A program made the translations under genes and the position numbers. A DNA stretch of 64,000 nucleotides from Syntrophales bacterium. GTDB lineage: Bacteria > Desulfobacterota > Syntrophia > Syntrophales > PHBD01. The notes under the pieces are model-generated. The model saw only the letters and a list, made by a program, of their open reading frames with translations, did not search any database and was not told where the DNA came from. This document shows positions 1 to 9,652 of the stretch, piece by piece; position 1 is the stretch's first letter; every line of letters begins with the position of its first letter. The stretch spans positions 4,128,001-4,192,000 of the forward strand of contig OY764159.1 of NCBI GenBank assembly GCA_963668175.1, in the 5' to 3' direction.

Positions 1-514
1 AGAGGATGGTCACGCTGATACCCTCCACACCCTTGAAGGCTTCGCCGACGGCGCTCCCCGTATCGCCCGATGTCGCCACCAGCACGTTCAATTTGCTGCC
101 GCGGTCCCGGAAGCGGCTCATGAGGCGCGCCATCAACCGGGCGGCAAAGTCTTTGAACGACGCCGTAGGCCCCTGGTCCAGCCTCATGACGTATTTTCCG
201 TCCGTCACGGGCTCGAGAGGCACGGTATAGTTATAGGCATCATGAACAATCGCGGACAGCGTATCCCGGTCCAGTTCGCTGCCGACGAACGCCTCGGCGA
301 CCAGCATGGCGAACTCCGCATAGGGCTCATCTTTCAGGGCCAGGATATCCTTCACGGCCAGGAGGGGAACACGATCGGGCATAAAGAGACCCTCATCCGG
401 CGCTTGCCCCATGAGGAGGGCTTCGCGGAAAGAGACCTTATCTTTGTACGGGATCACGCCCGATGCCGCGTCGAGGTAACGATTGGTGCTGTAGTATCTT
501 ATTGGTGACGCCAT
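1..514 (-). CDS. thrC: Threonine synthase, 5' part (runs off the window edge)
   Basis: Not in the ORF track. Manual minus-strand translation from ATG at 514 gives MASPIRYYSTNRY...SFREALLMGQAPDEGLFMP...NVLVATSGDTGSAVGEAFKGVEGISVTIL, with the ThrC motifs YYST, G-x-APD-x-GL and ATSGDTGSA. Confidence 0.92.
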   Translation of the reverse strand, partial: MASPIRYYSTNRYLDAASGVIPYKDKVSFREALLMGQAPDEGLFMPDRVPLLAVKDILALKDEPYAEFAMLVAEAFVGSELDRDTLSAIVHDAYNYTVPLEPVTDGKYVMRLDQGPTASFKDFAARLMARLMSRFRDRGSKLNVLVATSGDTGSAVGEAFKGVEGISVTIL

Positions 515-654
515 TTTTCTACTCGCTCATGTTCATGGTTAATCACGGCCCATTGCCATTCGTCATGAATGGGCAAATTTTCACGTACTCAAATACGAAG
601 ACGGCGGAGAGGCTTTGCGACGGAAGCCGCGAACACTTTATGTTTATACTTTCC

Positions 655-1038
655 TCATTCCGGCAGGACCATTACGGCTTCGATCTCCACTTCGGCCCCG
701 CGGGGGAGAGCTGCCACTCCCACAGCCGCCCTTGCCGGAAACGGCTGTCGAAAATACGTCGCCATGATTTCGTTGACCTGAGGAAAAGAGGCCAAATCGG
801 TCAGGTAGACGTTGACCTTGACAAAATCGCTAAGCGTACCGCCCGCGGCCTCCGCAACGGCAGAAAGATTCTGAAATACGCGGCGAATCTGTCCTTCTAT
901 ACCCTCTTCAAGCTTCATGCTGATCGGATCGAGACCGATCTGCCCGGAAAGATAGACCGTACGGCCGACGCTTATCGCCTGGGAATAGGTGCCGATCGCC
1001 TGGGGAGCCCGATCGGTATGAACAACCTTTCGTTCCAT
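655..1038 (-). CDS. ridA: RidA/YjgF family reactive-intermediate deaminase
   Basis: [42 protein letters not shown] motifs; 127 aa. Confidence 0.92.
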   Translation of the reverse strand: MERKVVHTDRAPQAIGTYSQAISVGRTVYLSGQIGLDPISMKLEEGIEGQIRRVFQNLSAVAEAAGGTLSDFVKVNVYLTDLASFPQVNEIMATYFRQPFPARAAVGVAALPRGAEVEIEAVMVLPE

Positions 1039-1208
1039 GAGAAGGTTCTCCTCCTTTACCGAGCGACATTAAAGCGGATTAACCGTGATAAAGCAAGGGA
1101 AAACAGGCAGGTCACTTCTCGATCTTCACCGCTGCCTTTCAAGAGCGTTCTTGACCTGCCGAGGCATATGTTTTATATCTGCATTCATTAACATGGAGGT
1201 ATGTTTGC

Positions 1209-2261
1209 ATGGCAGACAAAGACGTTTTCCGCCTTACGGAAACCGTCCACGGCGCCGGTTGAGCCTGTAAGATAGGTCCGGAGGACCTATACGAGGCCTT
1301 GCGGGATTTGCCGCTCATCACTGACCCGAATCTGATCGTAGGCATGGAACATGCCGAGGACGCAGGGGTGTATCAACTGAAAGACGATCTTGCCATCATC
1401 CAGACAGTCGACTTTTTTACGCCGATCGTCGATGACCCTTACACATTCGGCCAGATAGCCGTCACGAACGCGCTGAGCGACGTCTATGCCATGGGCGGGA
1501 GGCCCATCACCGCCATGAATATCGTCTGCTTCCCCGTCAAGAAGATGGATATCCGGATTCTACGGCAAATTCTTCAAGGCGGACTGGACAAGATGAGGGA
1601 AGCGGGGGTCCTTTTGATAGGCGGGCACAGCGTAGAAGACGATGAGTTGAAGTACGGTTTGTCCGTGACGGGCGTCATTCATCCGGCGAAGGTGCTTCTG
1701 AATCGAGGCGCGAAACCCGGAGACAGCCTCATTCTGACAAAACCGCTGGGAACCGGTATCGTCTCTACGGCAATCAAGGCCGGCATGGCGGACGACAAAC
1801 TGATAGCCGAATCCGTCCGCTCCATGACCTCTCTGAACAGGGCTGCAGCCGAACTGCTGGCGAACGAACCGAACATCCACGCCTGCACGGATGTCACCGG
1901 CTTCGGCTTTCTCGGACACGCAGCCGAAATGATCGACGGCACCGATGTCGGCCTGACTATTTATGCATCGGCCGTCCCTTACTTTCCGGCAATAAGAGAT
2001 TTCATCGAAGGGGGCATCGTTCCCGGCGGCCTTTATCGCAACAGGGATCATCGTCTTAAACAGATCGACATTTCAAAAGACTGCCCGGACTGGATGGTCG
2101 ATATCCTCTTCGATCCCCAAACGGCGGGCGGCCTGCTGTTCGCCCTCCCGGCCAATCAAGCCGCCGACTTAATAAAGAAAATGCATTTTCATGGCATCGC
2201 TGCGGCATCGATCGTAGGAAAGGTCGTCGCCGAACCCAAGGGGAGAATCTACATTCAATAA
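1209..2261 (+). CDS. selD: Selenide, water dikinase (selenophosphate synthetase); selenoprotein with Sec at UGA 1260-1262
   Basis: GGAGG RBS at 1195-1199 and ATG at 1209 give MADKDVFRLTETVHGAG-U-ACKIGP, in frame with the 1299..2261 ORF (TVDFFTPIVDDP, NALSDVYAMGG, GGHS, DVTGFG, DPQTAGGLL). U-x-x-K matches the SelD catalytic motif. Confidence 0.95.
1263..1297 (+). promoter_or_regulatory. Bacterial SECIS-like hairpin immediately 3' of the selD UGA
   Basis: Lower stem GCCT(1263-66)/AGGC(1294-97). Upper stem ATAGGTCC(1272-79)/GGACCTAT(1283-90) closes a GGA loop. Confidence 0.8.
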
Positions 2262-2315
2262 TTATCCTGTACCGAGATCACAGGTATAACTTTTTTTATT
2301 TGAAAAGGCCGAAAC

Positions 2316-3221
2316 ATGGCAGGGAAAAAAATAGGAATAGCGCTGGGAAGCGGCTCCGCCCGCGGGTGGTCCCACATCGGCGTCATACGCAGTCTTCAGG
2401 AAGCCGGCATTCCCATCGAGATTGCCTGCGGTTCATCCATCGGCGCCTTGGTTGCCGGGGCATTGGCCGCCAATTTTCTGGATACGCTGGACCGTTGGGT
2501 GCGGGAGCTCAGTTGGACGGATCTGCTCCGGTTCATAGACCTCAGGCTGCCCAGGTCGGGGGTTATCGAGGGAGAGAAGATCACCGGCTATTTCAAACAG
2601 AACCTATCCGATGCCAACATTGAGGACCTCAGGATGCCTTTCGCCGCCGTTGCCACGGAATTGAACACCGGCCGCGAGATATGGATCCGCAAGGGATCGC
2701 TGATAGACGCCATCCGGGCCAGCGTCTCCCTCCCCGGTATCTTTACGCCCTATCAGGCGGGAGATCAGTGGCTGGTAGACGGGGGACTCGTCAATCCCGT
2801 GCCTGTATCCCTTTGCCGGGCCATGGGGGCGGACATCGTCATCGCCGTCAACCTCAACTCCGACATTATGGGCAAATCGGAAATACGACGAAACAGTTAC
2901 AATAACAGTACGTTACAGAAAAAAGTAGCCTCTTTCCTGAACAGGAATCTCCCCCGGGCCAATCTCAAAGCCTTCAAGCTTTTCGACCCCAGCGAAGCCC
3001 AAAGGGGTCCCAATCTCTTCGAAATCATTACAACGTCGGTCTATATTACCCAGGACTTGATCACCAAGCAGCGGCTCCAGGTGGACCCGCCGGATATTCT
3101 GATTACTCCGCGATTGGCGGAAATCGGGCTTTTGGACTTCAACCGGGCCGATGAGGCCGTTGAGGAAGGCCGGCGCGCCATGGATTTGCTGATTCCTTCC
3201 TTGGCATCGCTTCTCAAATGA
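2316..3221 (+). CDS. Patatin-like phospholipase (RssA/NTE family)
   Basis: ALGSGSARGWSHIG, GSSIG nucleophile elbow, LVDGG motif. Confidence 0.9.
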   Translation: MAGKKIGIALGSGSARGWSHIGVIRSLQEAGIPIEIACGSSIGALVAGALAANFLDTLDRWVRELSWTDLLRFIDLRLPRSGVIEGEKITGYFKQNLSDANIEDLRMPFAAVATELNTGREIWIRKGSLIDAIRASVSLPGIFTPYQAGDQWLVDGGLVNPVPVSLCRAMGADIVIAVNLNSDIMGKSEIRRNSYNNSTLQKKVASFLNRNLPRANLKAFKLFDPSEAQRGPNLFEIITTSVYITQDLITKQRLQVDPPDILITPRLAEIGLLDFNRADEAVEEGRRAMDLLIPSLASLLK

Positions 3222-3607
3222 TTTCCATCATACGCCATAGGCATATTTTACGGTTCTGCTTCACTGAAAAGCTGCCGGACAAACGTATCGAAAAGCCTTG
3301 CCATCTCCTGAAATTTGGGTTACGTGTTAAAGATTACTGGTACTATAAAAAAATATCGTTGCTATTTAACCGATTTTGCAATATGCACACAAGTCGGTTT
3401 TTATCATGATACCTTCTTTGGTTTAACAATATTAAGATAGGGTTCCGGATATTGCCTCATCTCAGGCGGTTCCCTAAAATCTGTTGGCCGGACAAAGAAA
3501 CAGGCAATCGATTTTACGTCGGGAGAAGGCTTGCTGGCATTTTCAAAATATAAATATTACAACTCGCGTCATTAAACCGGCATCCCACTCACAATTTCAA
3601 GGTCAAT

Positions 3608-4564
3608 ATGGACGATATGGATCATAAGGAATCATATACAGCCTGCATCCTGGCCGTGGACGATGAGAGGACCATCAGAGACCTCATTAAATCCGCCATG
3701 GAATTTGCGAGTTATAAATGCCTGATTGCGGACAGCGCATTAGAAGCCCTGCAAATACTGAGCGAGTCTAAAGTCGATGTCGTCGTCACGGACATTATGA
3801 TGCCCCAGATGGACGGCATGGAACTGACCGCCATCATCAAGGAGAAGTACGATACGGACGTTATCGTCATGACGGGCTACTCGGAAGACTTCACTTACGA
3901 AGAGACGATCGCCAAAGGGGCAAGCGACTTCATCCAGAAGCCGATTTCCATCACCGAATTGATCGTCCGGGTCAAGAGGGTTCTCAAGGAGAGGGCCCTG
4001 CTCATGGAACGCAATCGGGCCGAAGATGCCCTGAGGGACAGTGAAAAGCGTTTCCAGGAATTGAGCATAACCGACGGCCTGACCAACCTTTACAACTCCC
4101 GCCACTTTTACAGCCAACTCCAGATGGAACTGGACCGTTTCAGCCGCTATAAACGCCCGTTGACATTGATGCTGCTCGATATAGACGATTTCAAGCAGTA
4201 CAACGACACCTATGGCCATCTGGAGGGGGACGGCGTCCTTGCAAAATTGGCGGAAGTCATTAAACGGAGCCTGCGTAAAACGGATTCGGCATACCGTTAT
4301 GGCGGCGAAGAGTTCGTCATTATGCTGCCGGAAACATCCGCAGAGCAGGGGCTCATCACCGCCGAACGCATACGCCAGGAATTTCGGGACGAGGTGTTTC
4401 TGCCGGACTCGGGCCGGGATATCCATGTAACGGTGAGCATAGGCGTAACCCAGTACATTCACCCTGAGTCTTTGACAGCGTTTATCAACCGGGCCGATAA
4501 ATGCATGTACAAAGCCAAACATCACGGCAAGGATCAGGTGTTCTGCTCGCTGACCAATCCCTGA
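3608..4564 (+). CDS. Response regulator-diguanylate cyclase (REC + GGDEF)
   Basis: N-terminal REC (VDDE, TDIMMPQMDG, KP). C-terminal DGLTNLYN, FKQYNDTYGH, RxxD I-site (RKTD) and RYGGEEF. Confidence 0.93.
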   Translation: MDDMDHKESYTACILAVDDERTIRDLIKSAMEFASYKCLIADSALEALQILSESKVDVVVTDIMMPQMDGMELTAIIKEKYDTDVIVMTGYSEDFTYEETIAKGASDFIQKPISITELIVRVKRVLKERALLMERNRAEDALRDSEKRFQELSITDGLTNLYNSRHFYSQLQMELDRFSRYKRPLTLMLLDIDDFKQYNDTYGHLEGDGVLAKLAEVIKRSLRKTDSAYRYGGEEFVIMLPETSAEQGLITAERIRQEFRDEVFLPDSGRDIHVTVSIGVTQYIHPESLTAFINRADKCMYKAKHHGKDQVFCSLTNP

Positions 4565-4830
4565 CTCTCCGGGCGTCCCCGCAGGCTGCCCCGCGCATGA
4601 GGAATTTATACCGCGGCCATGGAGCGTACGCATTTGGATCGCCATCCTTTCCCTGCCAGCCTCACCGGAAACCGCGGCGGCCACTTATCTTATTTTGTGT
4701 TCAAAAACGCTTTCACCGATCCAGAAAATATTTTACACTCGATCCTTTGATTACGGACCTGCATTATGATACTTAGACGGACAATGCGCAGCATAGCATA
4801 AGCGCCAACAAACCGGGGCCTTTCCGAGTC

Positions 4831-5751
4831 ATGAGCTACGATCACTTCAAGAACATCACCATGCAGCAGATTGAAGCCCTGAAAGAATTGGTTGAAGCGG
4901 GCAGCTTTACGCGCGCCGCGGCCAACATGTTCATCACCCAGCCGACTCTCACCAAGCAGGTGAAGAACCTCGAAGAGACCATCCATGCGAAGATCATCAA
5001 CAGAAAACACTCCGGCATCACGCTGACCCCCGAGGGCAAGATCCTCTATGATTACGCCCGACGGATTCTTCGTCTGCGCAATGAAGCCAGGGAAAAAATC
5101 GTATCGATCCAGAACCACGATTCGGGCCATATTCTCATCAGTGCAAGCACGATTCCCGCCACGTATATCCTTCCGCAGGTATTTGGTCAGTTGAAAAGAC
5201 AGTACCCCGACATCCGCACCCACCTGCGGATGACCGACAGCGAGGACACCTACCAGGCCATCCTGGACGACTCGGCGGAAATCGGCTTTGTCGGCAAACC
5301 CATTGCGGACCGGAGGTTAACCGTTATTACCCTCTGGACGGATCGTCTGATCCTGACCGTACCGGAGGGACATCCCTGGTATGACCGCTCTGCGGTTACC
5401 CTGGAAGAAATCGAGCGGGAACCGTTCATCATGCGCGAGCCGGGCTCGGGCACCCGCGATACCGTGGAACAGTTCTTTCGGAAGAAAAGGGGGTGTGCTG
5501 ATCCGAATTTCAATGTGGTATGCGAAATGGGCAGTTCCGAAGCGGTCAAGGAATCCATCGCCGCCGGTTTAGGTATTTCCCTGCTGTCGATTTACGCGGT
5601 TAAGAGGGAGTTGCGTCAAGGATTGTTCCGCGAAATTCCCGTCGATGGCTGCTCCATTGAACGTCACTTCTACATGATTTACAAGAAACAGTTTCATTTA
5701 ATGAACTTTCACAAGAAATTCATTAATCTCGTCAAGACTTCCATCCCTTAA
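4831..5751 (+). CDS. LysR family transcriptional regulator (CysL-like / possibly selenium-metabolism-associated subfamily)
   Basis: HTH GSFTRAAANMFITQPTLTKQVKNLE; ASTIPATYILP, REPGSGTR and GSSEAVKESIAAGLGIS motifs. Confidence 0.9.
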   Translation: MSYDHFKNITMQQIEALKELVEAGSFTRAAANMFITQPTLTKQVKNLEETIHAKIINRKHSGITLTPEGKILYDYARRILRLRNEAREKIVSIQNHDSGHILISASTIPATYILPQVFGQLKRQYPDIRTHLRMTDSEDTYQAILDDSAEIGFVGKPIADRRLTVITLWTDRLILTVPEGHPWYDRSAVTLEEIEREPFIMREPGSGTRDTVEQFFRKKRGCADPNFNVVCEMGSSEAVKESIAAGLGISLLSIYAVKRELRQGLFREIPVDGCSIERHFYMIYKKQFHLMNFHKKFINLVKTSIP

Positions 5752-5874
5752 CAGTTGTCTCATTCGAGGAATACATTTCCGCAAAGGGGCGGTTGGCTTA
5801 CCTGGTGCAGGCGGCAGGCTGAGGAGAACCTTCGCTTCAGAATTTCTGTGCTTATTGTGCGGCCATGGCGAGTT

Positions 5875-5914
5875 AAAAAAGCCGGAATCGCTTGGCCCTG
5901 CCGCGATTCCGGCT
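5875..5914 (-). terminator. Intrinsic terminator of the CsgG/FlgT-domain operon
   Basis: Minus strand reads AGCCGGAATCGC-loop-GCGATTCCGGCT followed by a U-tract, just after the stop at 5928. Confidence 0.8.
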
Positions 5915-5927
5915 CAAATTCCCTTGA

Positions 5928-7148
5928 TCAGGGCCTGGTTTCCACGAGTTGTCCGGTCCTCACCCGCTTTACCTGCTCGGCAGTCCCTTCGATCATTACC
6001 CAAGCCGTATCGGCACGGAGTTGTTCCGTCATCACCAGTGTGACGGGAAGTTTGGACTGGTCGCAGGTCTTCTTGCCCGTGAGCGGGTCTTCCAGATCGC
6101 TGAACGTGTAGACGGAAAGCCTTGTTCCTTCGTTCAACCCGTTGTTCCTGCCTATGTTGATGAGGGCGATGCGCTCTTTGCCGTCCGGGCTCGTTTTGAT
6201 CTGCAGGATGTAGCCCTTGGCGATAAACTGTTTGGCCAATGCGGGTTTCAGCTTTGACATATTCTGAGAGGCGGCCTTCTTGACCCCGCCCACGACTTCT
6301 GCAAAGCCAGGATAAGGCAGTTTGCCCAGACTCTCGCGGCCCGTTATTTTTTCCGAGAAGAGAACTTCCCCTGTTTCGACATCGATAATGCGGACCATGA
6401 CTTCGGCATCGACCCGCCAGCCTTCGCTCGCTTCGGCGGCTGCCGCTCCCGCCACGCCTGCGGCCATCGCGGCAACGCTTCCCCAGCCGTCCAGCTCTCG
6501 GCTCGCCCTGTTGCCTACATCGCGGGAGCCGCGGCGTACTGCTGCCAGACTTTTATAAGTAATTGCAATATTGTTGAAAGATCCGGTGACGATGTAACGC
6601 ACCCCGGCAAGTTTTCCCAGTTTCACCGCCGTCGATTCGTCCACCATGCCGGACTGCTGCAACTTCATTTCGTCGAAGACCTTCGACAGGTCTTTTCTTG
6701 CATAGACTTTGACGCCGCCCAGGTTCTTGAACTGGTCCATGACGCCGTCTTCAACGGACTCGCTCAGCTTGGAATTCATTTCCTGCTGGCTCATACGGAT
6801 ATCCTTCTGAAACCGGGTCCGGTCATTGACGCCCCACACGACCCCGACGCCCCCCGGCGCGGCACCGGCGGCCGCTCCGCCGCGAATATTCCTCTCGGAC
6901 GAGCCGGATACGTTCGCTTGAATTTCCTTGGCATAGTCGAAGGGCGTGTTATTCGAAAACGGCACGATCGCAACTTTCGGGATCGAAGATTCGTATAGCC
7001 CCTTGCAAGAGGGCGGAATGTTCTCTTTCGGCGCCTTGTCGACGATATAGGCCGATGCATCCATCTTCATGGCCGTCGGCGTAGATTCGGCGACGCAGCC
7101 CGCCATGCATAAACAACCTATAATGCACATCACAACCTTTTCATTCAT
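5928..7148 (-). CDS. CsgG/HfaB-family lipoprotein with a FlgT-C-like C-terminal domain
   Basis: Lipobox-like MAGC. CsgG-like core (KVAIVPFSN, ARKDLSKVFDEMKLQQSGMVDESTAVKLGKLAGVRYIVTGS, VRIIDVETGEVLFS). C-terminal INIGRNNGLNEGTRLSVY. Start moved to ATG 7148, which follows an AG-rich RBS. Confidence 0.75.
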   Translation of the reverse strand: MNEKVVMCIIGCLCMAGCVAESTPTAMKMDASAYIVDKAPKENIPPSCKGLYESSIPKVAIVPFSNNTPFDYAKEIQANVSGSSERNIRGGAAAGAAPGGVGVVWGVNDRTRFQKDIRMSQQEMNSKLSESVEDGVMDQFKNLGGVKVYARKDLSKVFDEMKLQQSGMVDESTAVKLGKLAGVRYIVTGSFNNIAITYKSLAAVRRGSRDVGNRASRELDGWGSVAAMAAGVAGAAAAEASEGWRVDAEVMVRIIDVETGEVLFSEKITGRESLGKLPYPGFAEVVGGVKKAASQNMSKLKPALAKQFIAKGYILQIKTSPDGKERIALINIGRNNGLNEGTRLSVYTFSDLEDPLTGKKTCDQSKLPVTLVMTEQLRADTAWVMIEGTAEQVKRVRTGQLVETRP

Positions 7149-7212
7149 GTATCTCCCCACCTTCCTCTTTCTCCGGATTTCGCGGCGTAATGAAAGCCGC
7201 CATTACGGTTAT

Positions 7213-8346
7213 CTATCTCTTATAATCCAAAACCAGCGAATAGGGCGTAAAATTGACCAGATCGAAATTTCCTTTTTGCTTCAGGCTGTTGGCGAGATAG
7301 AGGGCATTTTCCGGATAACCGACGGTGAACTCCCCCATTTGCTGTTCCTCGACATCCGTTACCCAAACCGTGTTCTGCAGGAATCCCTTGACTTCGATGT
7401 TGGTATCCATGTTCTTGACGCCGTTCACCTTGATCCGTACCCTTTTGACGTTGCCTTTGATAAATTTAAACGCATTGTCCAGGACTTTCGGCGAAAGCTT
7501 CTCCACGAGGTCTTCCATGCCCTTCGCCGCCGCATCCTCGACGTTGTTCGCAAGGCCTCGGCCGGAAACGGCATCCGCCGTCAATATTTCCATATTTCCG
7601 GTCTTGGTATTCTTCGCCAGCATCCGGTAAGTAAGCCTTACGGTCACGTTATTGAAAGGCATGGACAATCCGTAGCCTATATCTTCGCCTTTCTTAGTGG
7701 AAATGGTGTATTCGATTTTGCCGACGATGACCACATTCGAAAGGTAACGATAGAGCATGCTGCGGACGACCATCGTGCTCCCGCCCTTGGCGGCCTTTTC
7801 GATGGCGTCGGCATCGCCGGGATTGGCCGGGGCGGCATCGATCACCTTGAAGTTCTGCTCAGTGAGTTTTCCAATCAATTTCTCCGACAGGATATTGGTC
7901 TCGTCAAATTCATCCGCCCGGTCGGCTTTCGGCTTGCGTGCCGGGATGAAAACGGCAATGCCGCTGTTTAAGGACAAATCGGAAACGGCCTCCTTGGCCT
8001 GGTTAGGTTCGACACAGGCATTAATGCGGACGGTCAGGGTGTCCTGTTTCTTGTCCTGGCTCAACACCTTGAAACTTTTTACGGACCCGCCGGCCTTGGT
8101 CTTCATGACGTCTTCCACGACGGCAAAATTGGACACGAAACTGCCGGCCTTGACGTCAACGCCGACGGCCTGTTCGATGGCCGCCCATTTGGCCCGGGCA
8201 ATGGCCTCCAGCCTGGCGGAAGGGACATCATTGTTGTTGATGACGGCCTCGCCCTCGGCATTCAGGCACTTTTGCTGGCAATTTCCCTCCGCCGCAAAGA
8301 AGATGCCCGCAAACAATAATAAAAAGGCAAACACATATCTCCGCAT
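7213..8346 (-). CDS. Exported protein with a FlgT N-terminal-like domain
   Basis: Signal peptide MRRYVFAFLLLFAGIFFAAEG. AEGEAVI...ARLEAIARAKWAAIEQAVGVDV is a FlgT-N/LPP20-like signature. Confidence 0.65.
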   Translation of the reverse strand: MRRYVFAFLLLFAGIFFAAEGNCQQKCLNAEGEAVINNNDVPSARLEAIARAKWAAIEQAVGVDVKAGSFVSNFAVVEDVMKTKAGGSVKSFKVLSQDKKQDTLTVRINACVEPNQAKEAVSDLSLNSGIAVFIPARKPKADRADEFDETNILSEKLIGKLTEQNFKVIDAAPANPGDADAIEKAAKGGSTMVVRSMLYRYLSNVVIVGKIEYTISTKKGEDIGYGLSMPFNNVTVRLTYRMLAKNTKTGNMEILTADAVSGRGLANNVEDAAAKGMEDLVEKLSPKVLDNAFKFIKGNVKRVRIKVNGVKNMDTNIEVKGFLQNTVWVTDVEEQQMGEFTVGYPENALYLANSLKQKGNFDLVNFTPYSLVLDYKR

Positions 8347-8450
8347 GTCCCTTTCCTCCGATCTCAGATTATCTGACTTCATTAAATCGTTCGGCCTTTC
8401 ATTCTTCATTCGAACAGTCCCGCAACCCTGAGGCAATTCTTTGGGGCGCC

Positions 8451-9506
8451 TTACTTGCCCCTCAACTGTTCTTCCAGTTTCTTCCGGTTTTTGATGGCAG
8501 TCGATACCCTGTTGAGAGCCAGGGCAATATCGTCATCGGGTTTCCCGTAAATCTTGTCGGCCTGCAGGTAAAGGGATTGGGCGGCCTCCGCATCTCCGCG
8601 GCTTTCGGCACAAACGCCGAGATTATAAAGAAGGGAGACCGAAGAGGGTGCAAGGATCCGCGCTGCGCCCCAGCGTTCGCAGGCGGCATCGATGCGGCCC
8701 TTGTCCGCGAATTCGACGCCGTCTTTGAGCTTATCCCTGGCCTCCTTGACCTCAATGCCGTCCGTCGCATCCATGATCCTGATCTCTTCCGTGACATAAT
8801 ATGGGGCGATGTCCTTGCGGAATTCGGACTTGATATTGCCTTTCACCTGGTCCATGAGCTCGTTTTCGCCCTTCGGCTGGGTCCTGTCGTCGCAACCTGC
8901 TGAGTTGGCCGTTGACGACAGGGTCTTGGAATAAACAACCTTGCCGGTGGCGACCTCGATCAATTTGGGGGTCGCCGCAAAATTGGCGACCCTCTTTGTA
9001 CAATTTACGGAGTATGTCTTCCAGCGGATGCAGTCCCCGTCGTACGTCCGCCCTTCCTTATCCTTTTTCTTTTCCCATTCCTCACATGTTCGACGCTGTT
9101 CCCGGTAACGCGTCGTCTCGCATCCAGACACGGAAACGACGCCGCTGTATATACCTTGCGCTCCGACCATTTTGCCGATTCTGGCCGCAGTACTCTGGTC
9201 GACGAAACCGCTCTGGGACAGCTTCATTTCGTCCATCATCTTGCCGATGGAAGACCTGTCGACAAGGGTAAAATACTGTTTATCGTCGATATTGATTCCG
9301 CTTAAGACGCCTTCCATCTCGGCTGCGAATTCGCTTCCGCCGGGACCATCGAACGGCAAAACGGCAACGGTCTTGGTCAGCGAGGCCTGATGATACGATG
9401 CCGGCTTGAGCATATTGATTCGTACCTTGGTGGCACAACCCGTGACACCCAGGAAGGCTGATAATGCGAGGATAATGCATGTGCCTGCGGGACGGCGGAC
9501 ATTCAT
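8451..9506 (-). CDS. CsgG/HfaB-family lipoprotein with C-terminal TPR-like helices
   Basis: Lipobox VTGC; TVAVLPFDG, LVDRSSIGKMMDEMKLSQSG...AARIGKMVGAQGI, KLIEVATGKVVYS; TPR-like LLYNLGVCAESRGDAEAAQSLY. Confidence 0.7.
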   Translation of the reverse strand: MNVRRPAGTCIILALSAFLGVTGCATKVRINMLKPASYHQASLTKTVAVLPFDGPGGSEFAAEMEGVLSGINIDDKQYFTLVDRSSIGKMMDEMKLSQSGFVDQSTAARIGKMVGAQGIYSGVVSVSGCETTRYREQRRTCEEWEKKKDKEGRTYDGDCIRWKTYSVNCTKRVANFAATPKLIEVATGKVVYSKTLSSTANSAGCDDRTQPKGENELMDQVKGNIKSEFRKDIAPYYVTEEIRIMDATDGIEVKEARDKLKDGVEFADKGRIDAACERWGAARILAPSSVSLLYNLGVCAESRGDAEAAQSLYLQADKIYGKPDDDIALALNRVSTAIKNRKKLEEQLRGK

Positions 9507-9652
9507 ATATCATGCTTCCTTCTGGAAATGATGCGATAATTTTCCATAACTATAATGTGATTGCAAGAAATTTTTCGAAAAGCGAAAAGATAGAGACAGG
9601 CTGTTCTTCTGTCATGAGGTGGAGCGGGAAGTACCTGAAGGTCCCGGGGTTT

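Noticed and set aside
3438..3525. ykkC/guanidine-I-like words (TAGGGTTCCG ... GGACAAAG ... CGGGAG) upstream of the diguanylate cyclase
   Set aside because: The CTGGTCCRAG strand and the compact GGGAYAAAAGCCCGGGAG P3 are missing and the spacing is wrong. Only a simple hairpin (TAGGG/CCCTA) is supported.
5785..5850. Possible tRNA-Sec-like sequence after the LysR gene
   Set aside because: No UCA anticodon arm, no T-loop (GTTCGA) and no acceptor stem.
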